From an uncultured bacterium (lineage in GTDB: Bacteria; Zixibacteria; MSB-5A5; CAIYYT01): a DNA stretch of 64,000 nt. Positions 40,009 to 49,931 of the stretch are shown here, piece by piece. Each line of letters starts with the position of its first letter. The stretch's first letter is position 1. The notes under the pieces were generated by a model that saw nothing but the letters and a program-made list of their open reading frames with translations, was not told the origin of the DNA and searched no databases. The stretch lies in NCBI GenBank assembly GCA_963726455.1, contig CAVSCK010000004.1:64001-128000 (forward strand), read 5' to 3'. The position numbers were made by a program, and so were the translations under genes.

Positions 40009-40788
40009 TTACGATTTGCGGCCTGCAAATTCGCGCTTGTTGAATAGTACCACCGAAGCGCAGAACAGCATCAGCGACCATAGCAGGAAATAACCGATGC
40101 CTTTGATCAGCGGCGAAATCGTCGGGATGTCGGCCATCAAGAGTTCCGAAATGCCGTAGGAGATATTCAGGTCAACCGTAATGAATTTCAGAACCTTGGC
40201 GACTATTCCCGCCCAACTCATCGGCAACACGACAAAGATCTTGGCGAGGAGGTACAGGAACATCCAGCCGAGTGTAATCGTTGCTGCCATGAGCGGCTTG
40301 ACGAAGCTGGAGAAGAACGCGCCCGCAAACATGAACACCAGATAGGATGCAAATTCCTGGATCAAGTAGAGCGGAAACGATAGCGGCAGCGCAAACCGGA
40401 AGAATATCAGATGCGCGGCCAAATAAAAGACCACCACTGCCCCCAGATAGATCGCCAGCGCATACACGCAACCCAGCACTTTGCCGAGATAGATTTCGAT
40501 GCGCGACAGGGGACGCGCCAGGAATGTCAACAGCGTGCCGTCCTTTTCATCCTGACGCCATAGTGTTGCGCCGAGCATCAACGCGGCAATTTCCCCGAAG
40601 AATCGCGTGAAGCCAAAATACGTTGACGCCGTCGCCGCGCCGACTGAGACATTGCCCGCAACGATGCCCATGATGACAACCGGGAATATCGTGAATAGTG
40701 ATATGACCGCGCAGGCGATGATGAAAATCAAAATCATTTTCGAGTGCCGAAGTTTGCTCAGCTTGTGCAGCGCAACCGAATTAATCAT
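40009..40788 (-). CDS. ABC-2 type exporter permease
   Basis: DEKDGTLLTFLARPLSRIEIYLGKVLG; 6 TM; VLFNKREF end. Confidence 0.88.
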   Translation of the reverse strand: MINSVALHKLSKLRHSKMILIFIIACAVISLFTIFPVVIMGIVAGNVSVGAATASTYFGFTRFFGEIAALMLGATLWRQDEKDGTLLTFLARPLSRIEIYLGKVLGCVYALAIYLGAVVVFYLAAHLIFFRFALPLSFPLYLIQEFASYLVFMFAGAFFSSFVKPLMAATITLGWMFLYLLAKIFVVLPMSWAGIVAKVLKFITVDLNISYGISELLMADIPTISPLIKGIGYFLLWSLMLFCASVVLFNKREFAGRKS

Positions 40789-41713
40789 TTGACAAGTCCT
40801 CGTGGCGCATCAGTTTCAGGAACTGGCTTTGCAGACTACCGCCGAGTGGTTTCAAACTGACTATATCGCCGCCATTCTGTAGAATTGCCTGCAGCACGAA
40901 ATCCTTTGATTCCTTGTCGCGGCAGGTTACTTCGAAACGATTTTCGTCAGCGGTCACTTTGGCTCTGACCGACAGCAGATTCTGCAGGTCCGCCGAGCCG
41001 CCGGCGTACACAATCTTGTATCCGCGTTGATCGGCGGTCATCAGGTTTCGAACCGAGTCAAACGCCAGCAACTCGCCGCCATTGATGATAGCCACGCGGT
41101 CGGCAACATCTTCAACATCGGAGAGAATATGCGTCGACAGAAAGACCGTCTTGCCTTCGGCGCGCAACTTGAGGAACAGTTGTTTGATTCGCGCCTTGGC
41201 GATTGGGTCCATGCCCGATGTCGGTTCATCTAGAATTAGAATCTGCGGATCGCCGATCAACGCCTGTGCCAGGCCAATCTTCTGCGTCATGCCTTTGGAG
41301 TAGTTGCGAATCTTGACATTGGTGGCATCTGGCATATCGAGGAAGTTCATTAGTTCAGGAATATGCGCTGCCACCAGATCGCGATTGCGACTGCTCAACC
41401 GACCGAACAGCCGCAGGAATTTGGCGCCGGTCAGGAAACCATCAAAGGCAAATATCTCCGGCAGAAACCCGACCTGTTGCCGCGATTGTGGTTCCCGCGA
41501 ATTAATTCCCATAATCTCGGTGCGCCCCGAGGTAGGGAAGAGGACATCCATCAACACATGCATTGCCGTGGTCTTGCCCGCGCCATTCGGTCCGAGGAAA
41601 CCGACAATCTCGCCGGCAGGAACATCGAAACTGATTCCGTTCAGCGCGCGCTTGTTGGTACCCCGATCTTTGTATGTCTTCGCCAGATTATCAAATCGAA
41701 TCGCCGCCGTCAT
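40781..41713 (-). CDS. ABC transporter ATP-binding protein
   Basis: GPNGAGKTT, YSKGMTQK, LILDEPTSGMDP, STH. Confidence 0.95.
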   Translation of the reverse strand: MTAAIRFDNLAKTYKDRGTNKRALNGISFDVPAGEIVGFLGPNGAGKTTAMHVLMDVLFPTSGRTEIMGINSREPQSRQQVGFLPEIFAFDGFLTGAKFLRLFGRLSSRNRDLVAAHIPELMNFLDMPDATNVKIRNYSKGMTQKIGLAQALIGDPQILILDEPTSGMDPIAKARIKQLFLKLRAEGKTVFLSTHILSDVEDVADRVAIINGGELLAFDSVRNLMTADQRGYKIVYAGGSADLQNLLSVRAKVTADENRFEVTCRDKESKDFVLQAILQNGGDIVSLKPLGGSLQSQFLKLMRHEDLSND

Positions 41714-42291
41714 TTCGTGCCCCCTCCGAGTTGGAAACGAATGCCGCCGGGACGATTTGTCATGCTCTTAAACATTTCAATTCGCGCCAGAATTTCCGCT
41801 ATTTGGCCCTCGCGATAACCCTCGAACTTGTCGACCAGTTGGCCTTCAGGACTGAAGATGGCGGTCACCGGCAGACTGCGAATGGGATACCTGATCAGAA
41901 ACTGTCCTTTCGGTGAGCGACCGAACGGCATATCAGGGTTGTCAAAATCCACGGCACTACGCGCCGTTTGTAGCGAATCGCCGTAGTTCACGAGATAGAG
42001 AGTCGCCAAGGTGTCGAGCTGCTGCTCCTTGAACAGTTTCAACGCCTCATTGATTTGTTGAGAGCTGCGCGCAGACGAGGCGTTCCAGAATATAACCACC
42101 GCATATCGATCATCGAGCGAACCGGGAATTGTGATTTGCTCGCCGGTGTTTGTGGTAAAACTGAGTTCGACGTCCGGCGCGCTTGTGTCAGCAGTCTTGA
42201 CGTTGCTGACAATCAGAAACTGCCAGATCACCAGACCAACCGCAGCGGCTATCAACGCAATTTGATAATATTTGACTTGGCGAAGTGGCAC
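41710..42291 (-). CDS. Membrane-anchored TlpA/thioredoxin-fold protein lacking CxxC
   Basis: APDVEL, VVIFWNASSARS, YPIRSLPVTAIFSPEGQLV. Confidence 0.75.
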   Translation of the reverse strand: MPLRQVKYYQIALIAAAVGLVIWQFLIVSNVKTADTSAPDVELSFTTNTGEQITIPGSLDDRYAVVIFWNASSARSSQQINEALKLFKEQQLDTLATLYLVNYGDSLQTARSAVDFDNPDMPFGRSPKGQFLIRYPIRSLPVTAIFSPEGQLVDKFEGYREGQIAEILARIEMFKSMTNRPGGIRFQLGGGTK

Positions 42292-42309
42292 GTTAATTGA
42301 TCCCTGTCC

Positions 42310-42603
42310 TCACGCCTTGTTCAACTGATCAAGCCGCTTGTTGAGTGTGCGCAAATGGCTCATTATGACACCGATTCCGAACGACAGTACTCCGAAGCAA
42401 AATGCGAATGCCATGATTGCCAGCGCACTATATTGTTTTCCCTGCTCGACCACTGTGACTACGTTTTCCGAATGGAGCACGGCATTGATGAAGTCATTGG
42501 AGGTTGTTATCTGCCGGACGTCAAATACCGACTGCATCACCTGCCCGATAACAACGCCCGCCACCAAGATGACGATTCCCAGAATCTTGTAGACTAAGCC
42601 GAT
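42310..42603 (-). CDS. Small two-TM membrane protein (start uncertain: ATC at 42603 or TTG at 42567)
   Basis: Two hydrophobic helices; GGAGG lies 6 nt upstream of an in-frame ATC. Confidence 0.6.
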   Translation of the reverse strand: MGLVYKILGIVILVAGVVIGQVMQSVFDVRQITTSNDFINAVLHSENVVTVVEQGKQYSALAIMAFAFCFGVLSFGIGVIMSHLRTLNKRLDQLNKA

Positions 42604-42829
42604 TGGAAACCTCCCAAAGCTTCTATCTTAAAACCATTTAACGCAGCAGGCAACCACAAAGTTGCACGAATTGCTTTCGTCGTGCCTCACTGTGGATTCT
42701 GCCAGCGCCGTTGTGGCAACACGAGGTCAAAAAACGCTTGACTTCGGTTTGAGAGTAACTTATCCTTATTGTAAAGAAAAGTGAATTTCATGGCCTAAGT
42801 CTTGCGGCTCGAAACTTAGGGAGGTACTT

Positions 42830-43780
42830 ATGCGAACATTCTTAACGTTCGTGACGGTGTTCGTCACCGCACTGTTCTTCTTTCCCAGTGTCTCCGTTTT
42901 CGGGGCGGACCACGACCGCGATGGCATTGACGATGCCGTCGACAACTGCATCGTCATCCCCAATCCGGATCAGACTGACAGCAACGCCGACGGTGTCGGC
43001 GATGCGTGTGATTACTCGGCTCCCAACAGAGGCGATGTTCACATCAGCTTCAACGGGGGTGCCGACAAGCTCTACATTGGTGAAGACAACATTATGGAAA
43101 TCTGGATTGCTAACGGCGCTCCCGTTTGGGGAATGTCAATCGGCTTCTCCTTTGCCACTCCTGATAGTTTCCACTTTGTATCACCGTATGGCAATGCCCC
43201 TTCGACGGGAAAGCGTTGTGCACAGCTTTACGGCAAAGTACTCGAAAGCCTTTGCTTCACCGATTATGGATGCAGGTTTCAGGTTTCCAGAACCGCTGGT
43301 TGGGATAGCATTCTCTTGGGTGGGGCAGCGCAAGATTTTCCTATGGCAGCAGCTCCCGGGCACGAACTGGCGATCAAAATGAAAATATTCGTGCCGCCAC
43401 TTCAAAATGAGCTACCCGGAGGATTTTGCGTTGATAATATTTTCTATCCGCCTGCCGGTCCCTGGAAATTCGACTCAGGCAGCGGCAATACTTACCCGCC
43501 CGATTTCCAGGGCAATCCTAACACGAGCGTTCAGAATCCCGATGCTCCGCCGGTATGCTTCGACCTTGTACTTCCTGATTATATACCCGGTGATGCAAAC
43601 GCGGACGGCTCGGTCGACATCAGCGATAATATCTATTTGATCGCCTATATCTTTGGCGATGGTTTCGCACCAAATCCGCCCATGTCCGGCGATGCGAACT
43701 GCGACGGCGTTGTTGACATTTCCGATCCAATCTTTCTGATCGCTTATATCTTTGATAACGGTCCGGCGCCGTGCCAATAG
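42830..43780 (+). CDS. Secreted protein: TSP3 repeats, cohesin-like beta-sandwich, dockerin
   Basis: [32 protein letters not shown]; EIWIAN...WGMSIGF; [14 protein letters not shown] / [13 protein letters not shown]. Confidence 0.8.
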   Translation: MRTFLTFVTVFVTALFFFPSVSVFGADHDRDGIDDAVDNCIVIPNPDQTDSNADGVGDACDYSAPNRGDVHISFNGGADKLYIGEDNIMEIWIANGAPVWGMSIGFSFATPDSFHFVSPYGNAPSTGKRCAQLYGKVLESLCFTDYGCRFQVSRTAGWDSILLGGAAQDFPMAAAPGHELAIKMKIFVPPLQNELPGGFCVDNIFYPPAGPWKFDSGSGNTYPPDFQGNPNTSVQNPDAPPVCFDLVLPDYIPGDANADGSVDISDNIYLIAYIFGDGFAPNPPMSGDANCDGVVDISDPIFLIAYIFDNGPAPCQ

Positions 43781-43810
43781 AGAGGTAAGTAGAGAGAGGC
43801 GACTGAATAT

Positions 43811-44753
43811 ATGTACCGGTTGGTAATGACATTCTTGTTGGCAGCGGCGCTTACAGTGGTAATGCCTGCGGCTATTGCACTGGCCTATGGCGGCCCAGGC
43901 GATCACGACGGCGACGGAATTCCCGACGCCCAGGATAATTGCGTCGTCATCCCCAATTCCGACCAGGCCGACAGCAACGGCGATGGTGTCGGCGATGCGT
44001 GTGATTACTCTGCGCCGAACAGAGGCGATGTTCACATCAGCTTCAACGGCGGAGTCGACAAAGTCTTTATCGGTCGGGACAATATCATGGAAATCTGGAT
44101 TGCCAATGACCAGCCGCTTCTTGGTATGACGCTCGCCATGGCATTCACTTCGGCATCCGGATCCTTCAGTTGGGTCACGCCCTACGGAAACAAACCTCCG
44201 AGTTCACCGAAATACGTGCAAGAGCACGGAGACGCCTTTAACGCATTCGATCTGGGCCTGCTCGCCTTCACAGCGACAAATCTTCCGACTTCATGGAGAA
44301 TGGGGGGAGCGGCGCTGGATCATCCATTGCCTGCGCATATCGGTCACTCTCTTTGCTACACGCTCAAATTGCGAATACCTGCGGATCAAGTGCTTTCTGC
44401 TGGTGGTTTCTGCGTCGACAACATCTTCTTCCCGCCTGCAGGCAACTGGAAATTTGACCCGGGTGGTGGCAATATGTACGCACCGGATTTTCAGGGTAAT
44501 CCTAACACAAGTACGACCAATCCCGGATGCGCCGAATGTTTGTTTCGACATCATCGTTGCCGGAGACGCCAACGGTGATAACGTGGTCGACATCTCTGAC
44601 GCGGTATACCTGCTCGCTTACATATTCAACAGCGGACCCGCACCCAATCCGGTCGGCGCTGGCGACACCAACTGCGATGGAGAAATTAACATTTCCGACG
44701 CCGTTCATTTGATTGCCTACATCTTCAGCGGCGGCTCGGTGCCCTGTCCGTGA
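43811..44753 (+). CDS. Tandem paralog: TSP3, cohesin-like domain, dockerin (apparent frameshift near 44525)
   Basis: Same architecture as 42830; dockerin is in the 44403-44753 frame. Confidence 0.8.
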
Positions 44754-44798
44754 TGAAAATCCTGCCGGCCAGAATCTGAAACGATTTTGGCCTTGTTT

Positions 44799-46100
44799 CT
44801 AGAAGAACTGCGAAGAAGACAGATAGTAAGTCCACTGTCCGGTTTCAGTATTGTAGATCAAGTCCGCACGACCCAATTTCGGCCACTTCTTGAATGCCAA
44901 ACGCAAACCACCTCCCAGCGACCAGTAGGGGGAACGTAACGCATCGGACGCGTCACGATATCGTCCCCAGACGCTTGCGGCGTCAACGAACAACGCCACC
45001 TGCGAATACCATCGTTTAGTTTCGATAAATCTGCGGCGCGCCTCAAAATTAACGCCAAGCAGTTGATCGCCGCGCAACAAGTTGTTGCGAAATCCTCTGA
45101 CATTCAAATCACCGGCCAGCGCGTAAGGCAACACCCGTTCATTCTCCGACGAGGTCAGATATTGCGCACGCCCACAAAGATTGATGCTCTTCCAAACAGT
45201 GAATGCGCGGCCGACGAACTGCAGTCGCCAGGCGTCGAAATGTTGTCCCGGCAGTTCGCGAATCCAGTCGACGGCGGATGTTAGCTGCAAACCGTCATAA
45301 TAGAAATGATTCGAATAGATTCTTCCCAGATCGAGCGCCGTTCCGAATGTATAGCGCGGATAGTCGATGTTTTGCGGCGCCGAGAGCGGTGCCGTAGGCG
45401 ATGAGATCAAATTCCAACTCTCGCGCTGATAGCCGAAAAACAAACTCGGATAAATCTTCTCGGCCACGCGTAACCCCAGTGAAGTAAACAGGTATTTGTT
45501 CAGGTAGCGATAATTTGTCTCGATGCCTTCCACCAACCAGGGGTCTTTTTCCATCTGATTGGCCACGCTGACTCCGATTGCCAGGTCGCGACGGAACGCC
45601 CTCGGTAGCACTACTGACAGGACGTAAGAGTCTTCACCTTCGAAACGGCGGTAGAATCCCCGCACATTGCAGTAGAATCCCAACAGGTCACGTTCATGAG
45701 CGCCAACCATCCAATCAAAGGTGCCGTCCGTCTGGCTCGCTGAGACAATCGGCGTCAATGTCCAAATCTCGCTGAGATTGAACACGACATCGACCGAGTC
45801 GCCTTCAACGTTGACGAAGGGACGCACCTCCGAGAAAATGCCCAGCCCGTCAATCTTCTTCTGATCCCGCAGCATTATCTTCGCGTCGAGCGCCTGTCCC
45901 GGTTGCGATTCGATCTCGCGATGGAGAATCGCCTGTTTCACTTTGAATTTGCCCGCGAATGTTATCGAGCGGATTATCTTCCCGGAATAGCCCTCGAAAA
46001 TATTCGCGGCAGGGTCTAACGCTTGCGCGAACGAAACACATGTCGCAAGCAGAAACACTAGGATGGTCACCAGGGACAAGTTATTGGTATATCTGGTCAT
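44799..46100 (-). CDS. Omp85/BamA-TamA family protein with a single POTRA domain
   Basis: IRSITFAG...LHREI...GLGIFSEV POTRA; NVRGF..LRGD; ALFVDAASVW; terminal FF. Confidence 0.8.
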   Translation of the reverse strand: MTRYTNNLSLVTILVFLLATCVSFAQALDPAANIFEGYSGKIIRSITFAGKFKVKQAILHREIESQPGQALDAKIMLRDQKKIDGLGIFSEVRPFVNVEGDSVDVVFNLSEIWTLTPIVSASQTDGTFDWMVGAHERDLLGFYCNVRGFYRRFEGEDSYVLSVVLPRAFRRDLAIGVSVANQMEKDPWLVEGIETNYRYLNKYLFTSLGLRVAEKIYPSLFFGYQRESWNLISSPTAPLSAPQNIDYPRYTFGTALDLGRIYSNHFYYDGLQLTSAVDWIRELPGQHFDAWRLQFVGRAFTVWKSINLCGRAQYLTSSENERVLPYALAGDLNVRGFRNNLLRGDQLLGVNFEARRRFIETKRWYSQVALFVDAASVWGRYRDASDALRSPYWSLGGGLRLAFKKWPKLGRADLIYNTETGQWTYYLSSSQFF

Positions 46101-46330
46101 TGAGATGAGTGTCTTTCGGGCTTGCCAAGTATCTATCATATAAAATAGATCTTAAGCTTCCGTTTCCGGTGGTCAGGTTGCTTGCATGTATACCACTGAT
46201 TTCTGCTCAACGCTTACAAGATATGCATCTGGTAAGTATTATCACAACGATATCGTGCTGATATTGTCTGATTTCACTAAAGAAAAATCTCTACGTTTCC
46301 GACTAGACAAATAGGGGAAAGGACCTCAAC

Positions 46331-46702
46331 ATGCCCTTAAAGGAAAAAAAGATTCTCATCGTCGACGATTTTGGTAACACGGCCAAGATCCTGGTCGAAA
46401 TGCTGGACCACCTCGATATTCCGACCGATAGTGCAGAGAACTCGGAACAGGCCTTTGCCAAATTGAGCGAACATGAGTATCGGCTTGTTATCGCTGATTC
46501 CCGTTTGCCGAAAGTCGACGGTCAGTCGCTGCTCAAACAGATTCGGAGCACCTGTCCCAACACCAAGATAGCGCTCATGTCTACGTTCGATTCCGTTGGA
46601 ACTCAGAAACTGGTGCGGGTCGACGACATCGATTATTATCTACCAAAACCGGTCAAGCTCGAGCATCTGGTGAAGATGATCTCGGATCTATCGCTCGATT
46701 AG
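46331..46702 (+). CDS. Single-domain response regulator
   Basis: ILIVDD, VIAD..LPKVDG, YLPKP. Confidence 0.9.
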   Translation: MPLKEKKILIVDDFGNTAKILVEMLDHLDIPTDSAENSEQAFAKLSEHEYRLVIADSRLPKVDGQSLLKQIRSTCPNTKIALMSTFDSVGTQKLVRVDDIDYYLPKPVKLEHLVKMISDLSLD

Positions 46703-46892
46703 CTGCACAAACCGAGCTGTTCCCGGGCGATCACATAAGTTATTCCGCAGACGTCCCGCGTAAGCATAAGTCCAAACGGGACGGACGATCACCCTGTGCC
46801 CTCCTACAATAGTGCTTGATTTTTCTGCCATTTCTGGTATACTAGGCATCGTCATACCCAAAGGTCCCCGTACTTACCCCGGAGGTTCACCC

Positions 46893-47768
46893 GTGTTGAC
46901 GAATCGCCATTCTCGGATAAGCACGTTTCTCCTGGTCGTCTTGGCGTTGTCTGCGCTGCCGGCTGAGTCATCACCGATAAACGTCAGGATTCCCTCCTAC
47001 TTCGGTGTTAATCCGGGCGACACTCTGGCGCTCTCCATCACCATGCAATCGCCCATGCCGCTCGGTGGCATTGACTTCACCTTTCATTTCGACGATAGCA
47101 TCTTCCGCCCGGTCAGCGTCCAGCAGGACACCGGCCTCAAGCATTGGGAATGGTTCATCAATCAATATGATTCTGTCGACGCCACCGTGCGCGTGACCGC
47201 AATTGCCGATTTACCCAACGGTCAGCATCCGAATCCCAGCGATTTCTATCCGAAGGGCTCGATCGCCATCATTCGCTTTCTCGTTTCGCCAAGCTGGACA
47301 CCGGATTCGTCTAAAATCCCCTTCACTTTTTACTGGCCGACCTGTGCCGACAACGCTGGTTCGAACATGCTCGGAGATTCACTCTTGGTCATCCGCCGAC
47401 TTCTTGATTCCGATGGCGCGCTGCTTTGGGACGAAACCGACAATTATAATTTTCCCGAGAATACCCGTCCCCCTCATATCGGCGTAGTCGATAGTTGCCA
47501 ACAGATTTCGGCCGGACTGCTATATCAACTCGACTTCCAAAACGGCTCAGTCGCCAATTACGCCCTCTGTGGCAACGTAGACGGTGATCAGTCCCTCGAT
47601 ATTTCAGACGCCGTCTATCTGATCTCGTACATATTTGCCTCGGGGCCGCCGCCGCAGCCACTGCTGTCGGGTGACGTTGACTGCACCGGATCAGTCGATA
47701 TTTCCGATGTCGTCCTGATAATCACCTACATCTTTGGCGGTGGTTCGCCACCTTGTAGCTGCCAATAA
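46893..47768 (+). CDS. Secreted cohesin-like + dockerin protein
   Basis: GGAGG + GTG; PGDTLALSITM....LGGIDFTFHFDDSIF..VSV...GSIAIIRFLV; CGNVDGDQSLDISD / GDVDCTGSVDISD. Confidence 0.78.
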   Translation: MLTNRHSRISTFLLVVLALSALPAESSPINVRIPSYFGVNPGDTLALSITMQSPMPLGGIDFTFHFDDSIFRPVSVQQDTGLKHWEWFINQYDSVDATVRVTAIADLPNGQHPNPSDFYPKGSIAIIRFLVSPSWTPDSSKIPFTFYWPTCADNAGSNMLGDSLLVIRRLLDSDGALLWDETDNYNFPENTRPPHIGVVDSCQQISAGLLYQLDFQNGSVANYALCGNVDGDQSLDISDAVYLISYIFASGPPPQPLLSGDVDCTGSVDISDVVLIITYIFGGGSPPCSCQ

Positions 47769-47871
47769 CGGCAGATTCCTATATCACGTCATATTGCGTT
47801 CGACTCCCCTTGTCAGCGTATTTACAATTGCGTACCATAGCCAAAGTAACCTGATCAAGAAGGGAGCTCAT

Positions 47872-48168
47872 ATGATCCTGGTACGGGATATCTTTCATCT
47901 CAAATATGGCAAGGCCCGGGAGGCGATGGCGCTTTGGAAAGAGGGGCAGTTGATCATCCGCAAATCCGGCTACCAGCCCGACCGCCTGCTCACAGACCTG
48001 ACCGGTGACGCCTATACGCTGGTGCTGGAGAGCAGTTACTCCGGGCTGTCCGAGTTTGACGAACGGCTGCAGGACACACAGGCCAATGATGAATGGCGCA
48101 AATGGTATGAGCGCTTTGTGGCGCTGGTCGATTCAGGAAATCGCGAAATATTCCGAATAGTCGATTAG
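47872..48168 (+). CDS. NIPSNAP/dimeric alpha-beta barrel-like protein
   Basis: MILVRDIFHLKYGKA...RLLTDLTG..YTLVLE...GNREIFRIV. Confidence 0.7.
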   Translation: MILVRDIFHLKYGKAREAMALWKEGQLIIRKSGYQPDRLLTDLTGDAYTLVLESSYSGLSEFDERLQDTQANDEWRKWYERFVALVDSGNREIFRIVD

Positions 48169-48227
48169 AAGTTCGCGGCAGACCGGCGGCGAATACTGAA
48201 ACCGAAACTGACAGACAAGGAGCGTCA

Positions 48228-48515
48228 ATGGCGACCTATATTATTCTCAGCAAACTGGGGCCGAATGCTTTCGACACACCGGAAGGACTCAAACGTCTGG
48301 CGAAAGTTGTCCGCGAGCGGCTGACCAAGGAATGTCCCAAGGCCAACTGGGTCCAAAGCTATGGTTGCATGGGAAGCTATGATGTCGTCGACATCGTCGA
48401 ATCCGACGACCCGCAGCAAATCGAGAAAGCGGTCATGATCATCCGTGCGTTCGGGCACTCGTCGACCGAAACTCTGCTCGCCACCCCCTGGGAGGAATTT
48501 CTCAAAGCGCTCTAG
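48228..48515 (+). CDS. GYD-domain protein
   Basis: MATYIILS, MGSYDVVDIVE, STETLLA. Confidence 0.85.
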   Translation: MATYIILSKLGPNAFDTPEGLKRLAKVVRERLTKECPKANWVQSYGCMGSYDVVDIVESDDPQQIEKAVMIIRAFGHSSTETLLATPWEEFLKAL

Positions 48516-48536
48516 TTTCGCAGAAATCCGATTTGG

Positions 48537-49127
48537 CTACTGATTGGCGAGAAACTGCTGCAAGCCGGTGATAAACATCTGCACGGCGACAGTGGTGAGA
48601 ATCATTCCCATCAGTCGCTCCATGGCCGTCAGGCCCTTCTGACCCAATAGGCCGCTCAATTTGTTCGATGCGAGCAGGATTGCCCCGCTTACGATCCAGG
48701 CGAAGACCAGCGCCAACAACCATTCCAGCCATTTCTCCGGTTCGCGTGTCATCAGCAGTAGTACCATCGCTATCGCCGACGGCCCGGCGATCAGCGGAAT
48801 CGCCAATGGCACGATGAACGGCTCTTCACCCTCCTTGAGCGTGTGTGGTCCTTCGGCAACCGGGAACACCATCTTGATCGCGATCATAAACAGGATTATG
48901 CCGCCCGCGATACTCAGCGCCGGCCCCTTGATCTGCAACAGCTTCAAAATAAACGGGCCGAAAAACAGGAACACGACCAGCACGATCAGTGCGATCGTGA
49001 GTTCGCGCACGATGATCTTCTTCTGCCGCGCCGGATCGACATTCTTCAACACGGTCAGGAACGGCGGGATATTGCCAACCGGATCCATCACCAGAAATAA
49101 CAACAACGCCGTCGAAAACATCTGCAT
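48537..49127 (-). CDS. MarC/YhgN-family membrane protein
   Basis: VMDPVGNIP, IAGGIILF, VPLAIPLIAGPSAI, ERLMGMIL. Confidence 0.93.
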   Translation of the reverse strand: MQMFSTALLLFLVMDPVGNIPPFLTVLKNVDPARQKKIIVRELTIALIVLVVFLFFGPFILKLLQIKGPALSIAGGIILFMIAIKMVFPVAEGPHTLKEGEEPFIVPLAIPLIAGPSAIAMVLLLMTREPEKWLEWLLALVFAWIVSGAILLASNKLSGLLGQKGLTAMERLMGMILTTVAVQMFITGLQQFLANQ

Positions 49128-49196
49128 AACGTTTGAATTTTGGTCAACAATCCAACGAAGTCAACATTAAACAGCGCTTGCATCCCTCACTCTTTG

Positions 49197-49369
49197 GGGA
49201 CTGTTGAAAGAGCCAGAAAAAGCAGGGAGTGTTGTGTCGGGTCTTGACTTCCGCCTCGTCCTGCGAGGCGGAAGTTGTGACCCGACACTTTTTTCCACTT
49301 GCGGCAGGTCACGTCCCCGACTGTCGTCGAAGACTAAGACCTGCCTCAACGGGCTTTTTCGACGCTCCC
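49197..49369. mobile_element. 173-bp MITE-like element with imperfect TIRs and TTTG target-site duplication
   Basis: Left GGGACTGTTGAAAGAGCC vs right (rc) GGGAGCGTCGAAAAAGCC; TTTG at 49193-49196 and 49370-49373; two internal hairpins. Confidence 0.6.
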
Positions 49370-49448
49370 TTTGGGAAAGGACCGAGGGTGAGGGAATGTC
49401 GTCGCCGTCTCTATTTATCTTTCGCTTTCCGTTCGTTATCTTGCGTAC

Positions 49449-49853
49449 ATGTCATCTCACGCCCTCATGCAAATCGTCCAGCAGGCGATCATCGTCGATT
49501 CACAAAATCGAATTCTCATTTTGCGCCGCCCAGAGGGTGTCTGGCAGTTTGCCGGCGGTCGTCTGGAGCAAGGCGAACGTTGGGACGACGGCCTGCGCCG
49601 CGAAGTCAGGGAAGAGACCGGCATTACTGATTTCGAGATTGTTTCGATTCTGATGGTAGACAACTTCGAGTGGCAGGGCAATCAGCTTTACAGTACCTAT
49701 TTTTTCTGTCGTACGCATTCCGACGTCATCCGCCTGAGCGCCGAACACGTCGAATACCGCTGGCTCGACCGCACCGACGACTTTGCGCAGATCAACTTCT
49801 GGCACGACAACCTGCGTCAACTGGTAGCGCGTGTGTTTGCACTACTTTCGTAG
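49449..49853 (+). CDS. NUDIX hydrolase
   Basis: GGRLEQGERWDDGLRREVREETGI Nudix box; LSAEHVEYRW. Confidence 0.92.
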   Translation: MSSHALMQIVQQAIIVDSQNRILILRRPEGVWQFAGGRLEQGERWDDGLRREVREETGITDFEIVSILMVDNFEWQGNQLYSTYFFCRTHSDVIRLSAEHVEYRWLDRTDDFAQINFWHDNLRQLVARVFALLS

Positions 49854-49931
49854 TCTAGCCCCTTGTGGGCGATTCAACGCGGGTCTTCATCAGTTATTGG
49901 TGATCTGTAACTCAGACTGCCCTGGATTAAG

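Noticed and set aside
20217-44753. Frameshifts in the lipoprotein, rnhC, OmpA, Yip1, LVIVD, TSUP and TSP3 genes as phase variation
   Set aside because: No long homopolymer or SSR tracts at the breakpoints; same error pattern as in the core genes
42830-44753. Diversity-generating retroelement TR/VR pair
   Set aside because: Differences between paralogs are not adenine-specific and there is no reverse transcriptase in the window
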